From: Takakia lepidozioides
Lineage: Eukaryota > Plantae > Bryophyta
Length of the DNA: 64,000 bases
Reading direction: 5' to 3'
Assembly: GCA_030704615.1 (NCBI GenBank)
Contig: CM060731.1
Coordinates: 64,418,001-64,482,000 of the forward strand
The notes under the pieces were generated by a model, which saw nothing but the letters and a program-made list of their open reading frames with translations, was not told the DNA's origin and searched no databases. Position numbers and translations under genes: made by a program. Shown here one piece after another: positions 61,155-64,000 of the stretch; position 1 is the stretch's first letter; every line of letters begins with the position of its first letter.

Positions 61155-63050
61155 ATGGATCTTTGTAATAGACTTGCCAATGAATTCATCGATCTCATGG
61201 TTTCTCAATCGTATGCAGTATGTCGAAGGTCACTACCGCTGAGCGAGGAAATGAGCGTCAGTCGGAGGTCCCTATCCCGTCTACATAGTCCGACCACTTT
61301 CCAAAGCAGGCCAAGACAGGGAATCAATAACATCACCTCTGGCACTCTTAGAGATGTTAGGACACTTGGTAAGGAGGGAAGACTCAAAGAGGCACTGCGC
61401 ATTTTGGACCAACGAGGCGTTCGGGCAGATTCCAATACTTATGCCTGTCTACTGCAGGGATGCATCATCAGGAAAGCCCTGGTGGAGGGAAAACAGGTGC
61501 ATGCACACATTATTGGCACCGAGTTCAAGCCAAACATTTTTGTCGAGAACACCCTTCTCAACATGTATGCCAAATGTGGGAGCATGGTGGATGCACGACA
61601 AGTGTTTGAGGAAATGCCTCAACGTGATATATTCTCATGGACCATGATAATGGCAGGATATGCCAAACATGGACAGTCTGAGGATGCTTTTAAAATCTAT
61701 GAGCAAATGCATTGGGAAGGGGTAACCCCTGACAGGGTCACGTACACTATTGTTCTCAATGCCTGTGCTAGTCTTGGAGCCCTGGAAAAGGGCAAGTTTG
61801 TCCATGCTAACATTATTAAAACTGGAGTTGCACCTGACCTCATCTTGGAGAACACTCTTGTGGACATGTATGCTAAATGTGGGAGTGTAAAGGATGCATG
61901 TCTAGTGTTCAACAATATGGTTGAACGTGATGTGGTCTCATGGAATACAGTCATTGCAGGATATGCCCAGTGTGGGCAGAGTGAAGAGGCTCTCAAATTC
62001 TATCAGCAAATGCAATGGGAAGGAGTGACACCTGACAAGGTCACACTCATATGTGTGATCAATGCATGCGCTTGCCTGGGATCTGTTGAAAGGGGTAAGC
62101 AGGTCCATGCTGACATCATTAACGCTGGAGTTGCTTTAGATATTCATCTGGAGACAAGCCTTGTTGACATGTATGCCAAATGTGGGAGCTTAAGGGATGC
62201 GCGCGAAGTGTTTGACCATATGGTTGAGCGAAATGTGGTCTCATGGAGTGCGATGCTCACAGGTTATGCCCATTGTGGGTGTGGTAGAGAGGCTTTTGAA
62301 TTATATGAGCAAATGCAACTACAGGGGGTGACCCCTAACGCGGTCACTTTCATTTCTATCCTCAATGCATGTGCCAGCCTGGGTGCCCGGGACAAGGCCA
62401 AGCAGGTCCATGGCGAAATCATCAAAGCTGGAGTTCCATCACATATTAATTTGGAGAATACCCTTGTTTACATGTATGCGAAATGCGGCAGCGTACCGGA
62501 TGCACGTCAAGTATTTGACAATATTGCTAAACGGGATGTGGTGTCATGGAATTCGATGATCACAGGATATGCTCAGCATGGGTATGGTAAAGAGGCCCTC
62601 CGACTATTTGAGCAAATGAAACATGAAGGATTGACACCAAACGGTATAACCTTCACTTCTGTTCTCTCCGCATGCGGCCATGTGGGGCTAGTGGATGAAG
62701 GCCATCACTACTTTAATTCCATGACTCGAGATCATGGTCTCAAACCTACGGTGGAGCATTTTGGCTGCATGGTAGACCTTCTTGGCCGTGCAGGGCGATT
62801 GGACGAGGCAGAGGAACTTATCATGAAGATGCCAATGAGACCAGATGCTTCGGTGTGGGTCTCCTTGCTTGGAGCCTGTAGAATCCATGGTGGTGTTGAG
62901 GTAGCGGAACGTGCAGCAACATGTATGCTCAGGTGGGATTCACATCACCCTGCAGCTTATGTGCTGCTATCGAACATCTATGCTGCGGCTGGCAGGTGGG
63001 ACGATGCAGCAAAGGTGAGAAATATGATGGAGGACAGAGGTGGCCTATGA
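61155..63050 (+). CDS. PLS-E class PPR protein lacking the PG box and DYW domain, intronless
   Basis: Four MYAKCG-anchored PLS units and E motifs (WVSLLGACRIHG...YVLLSNIYAAAGRW). Ends MEDRGGL*, where the paralogue continues RGVRKQPG. Confidence 0.9.
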   Translation: MDLCNRLANEFIDLMVSQSYAVCRRSLPLSEEMSVSRRSLSRLHSPTTFQSRPRQGINNITSGTLRDVRTLGKEGRLKEALRILDQRGVRADSNTYACLLQGCIIRKALVEGKQVHAHIIGTEFKPNIFVENTLLNMYAKCGSMVDARQVFEEMPQRDIFSWTMIMAGYAKHGQSEDAFKIYEQMHWEGVTPDRVTYTIVLNACASLGALEKGKFVHANIIKTGVAPDLILENTLVDMYAKCGSVKDACLVFNNMVERDVVSWNTVIAGYAQCGQSEEALKFYQQMQWEGVTPDKVTLICVINACACLGSVERGKQVHADIINAGVALDIHLETSLVDMYAKCGSLRDAREVFDHMVERNVVSWSAMLTGYAHCGCGREAFELYEQMQLQGVTPNAVTFISILNACASLGARDKAKQVHGEIIKAGVPSHINLENTLVYMYAKCGSVPDARQVFDNIAKRDVVSWNSMITGYAQHGYGKEALRLFEQMKHEGLTPNGITFTSVLSACGHVGLVDEGHHYFNSMTRDHGLKPTVEHFGCMVDLLGRAGRLDEAEELIMKMPMRPDASVWVSLLGACRIHGGVEVAERAATCMLRWDSHHPAAYVLLSNIYAAAGRWDDAAKVRNMMEDRGGL

Positions 63051-64000
63051 GTGGAATTTGCAAGCAAGCACTGCAGCTCTGCTTCGCATGAATCTAATTG
63101 GAGACCTACTTAAGACCTATTTGATCACATCCTAAGGAAGTACTGGTGGCCACCACAAAGAGGTACAAGGTCAATGGATATGCACGCGGAGGCTTCTATG
63201 AATGTGGACAAGTATTTCCCTTTCAACTTTCAAAGTTGGTCTGGTGATAGTTGGTCAATTGTTTAAACCCTGAATCTTTCCATTACGTTCCTCAGGTCCC
63301 TTCCTCCTCCTGCTGCACTCCTTTCTTTTTCTGCTGTTCGTGCGCATTTGTCACAACTTGGCCTTGTTGCCTTTACCTCCAATGTTTTGTTTTTCTTTTA
63401 GTCTGATAGTTGGTTGGAAGCTAACCACCAGTGGGATTGACCTAAAATGTTCCCAGCAGGTTGCTTCGAAAAGTGAGGTCTGCCATTTTCAAACATGGAT
63501 AAATTTGCTATAAATGCTGAAGTTTTATGATGGTTTGCTGTTGTGTGGGATCCTTGAAGGTACTCTTGGTTTCTGCTCTCCTCAGTTGAAAGCCTTCTCC
63601 ATTTTGTTCAAATTGTCAAAACTTTGAAACAAAGCCAAGATTACAATTATGTCCCTTCAACATTTCAGGGCTGTTGCAGACCATCACTCCTCATCTCTAC
63701 CATTTTACCTCGTATGGGTTAAAAAGCAACAAAGCAAAAACAAGGTGGACTCCTGCTGAAGCAAGTGTAATTTATGGTGTCTCTTCCACCCGAGAAGGCT
63801 ACGGTGAAATTGGATGGACATAAAGCAATGTCTTCGACACCTGGACATGTGGCAGGATGCCTTATCAAGTGGGATCCACAGCCACTACAAGTGGACAAAT
63901 GCAGCATTCTCCTTCGGTAGTTTGGCCAGTGCAGCGAGGCATTCTTAAGACCGAGCTTTAATTCTAGTATCTGTGGGCTTTCCATGCGAACCAAGTGAGT

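Overview
Eukaryotic nuclear DNA from a land plant, probably a non-seed plant (inferred from intronless PLS-class PPR genes, a nuclear plastid RPL4 gene and TTTAGGG repeats). Host genes: plastid RPL4, OGG1, MBS1, a PLS-DYW PPR editing factor, a PLS-E PPR, a broken LRR gene and an orphan cytochrome b5 exon. The middle of the window is a nest of transposable elements: a CRE-like non-LTR remnant, a Tf2/Tcn1-like Gypsy remnant, a dead CACTA element carrying host-gene fragments and a Copia remnant. The main discovery is a Ty3/Gypsy LTR retrotransposon present in two head-to-tail copies on the minus strand, one with intact coding frames (~38.2-50.6 kb) and one decayed (~28.5-38.5 kb). ORF1 encodes Gag, protease and a complete DNMT3-like C5-cytosine methyltransferase. 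A single in-frame UAG followed by CAA-CCA (a TMV-type CARYYA readthrough context, present in both copies) separates ORF1 from RT-RNaseH-integrase, which ends in a PHD finger. Instead of a tRNA primer site, the element has a 16-nt sequence complementary to its own LTR, which suggests Tf1-like self-priming. All protein calls come from motif recognition by eye; no database searches were run.
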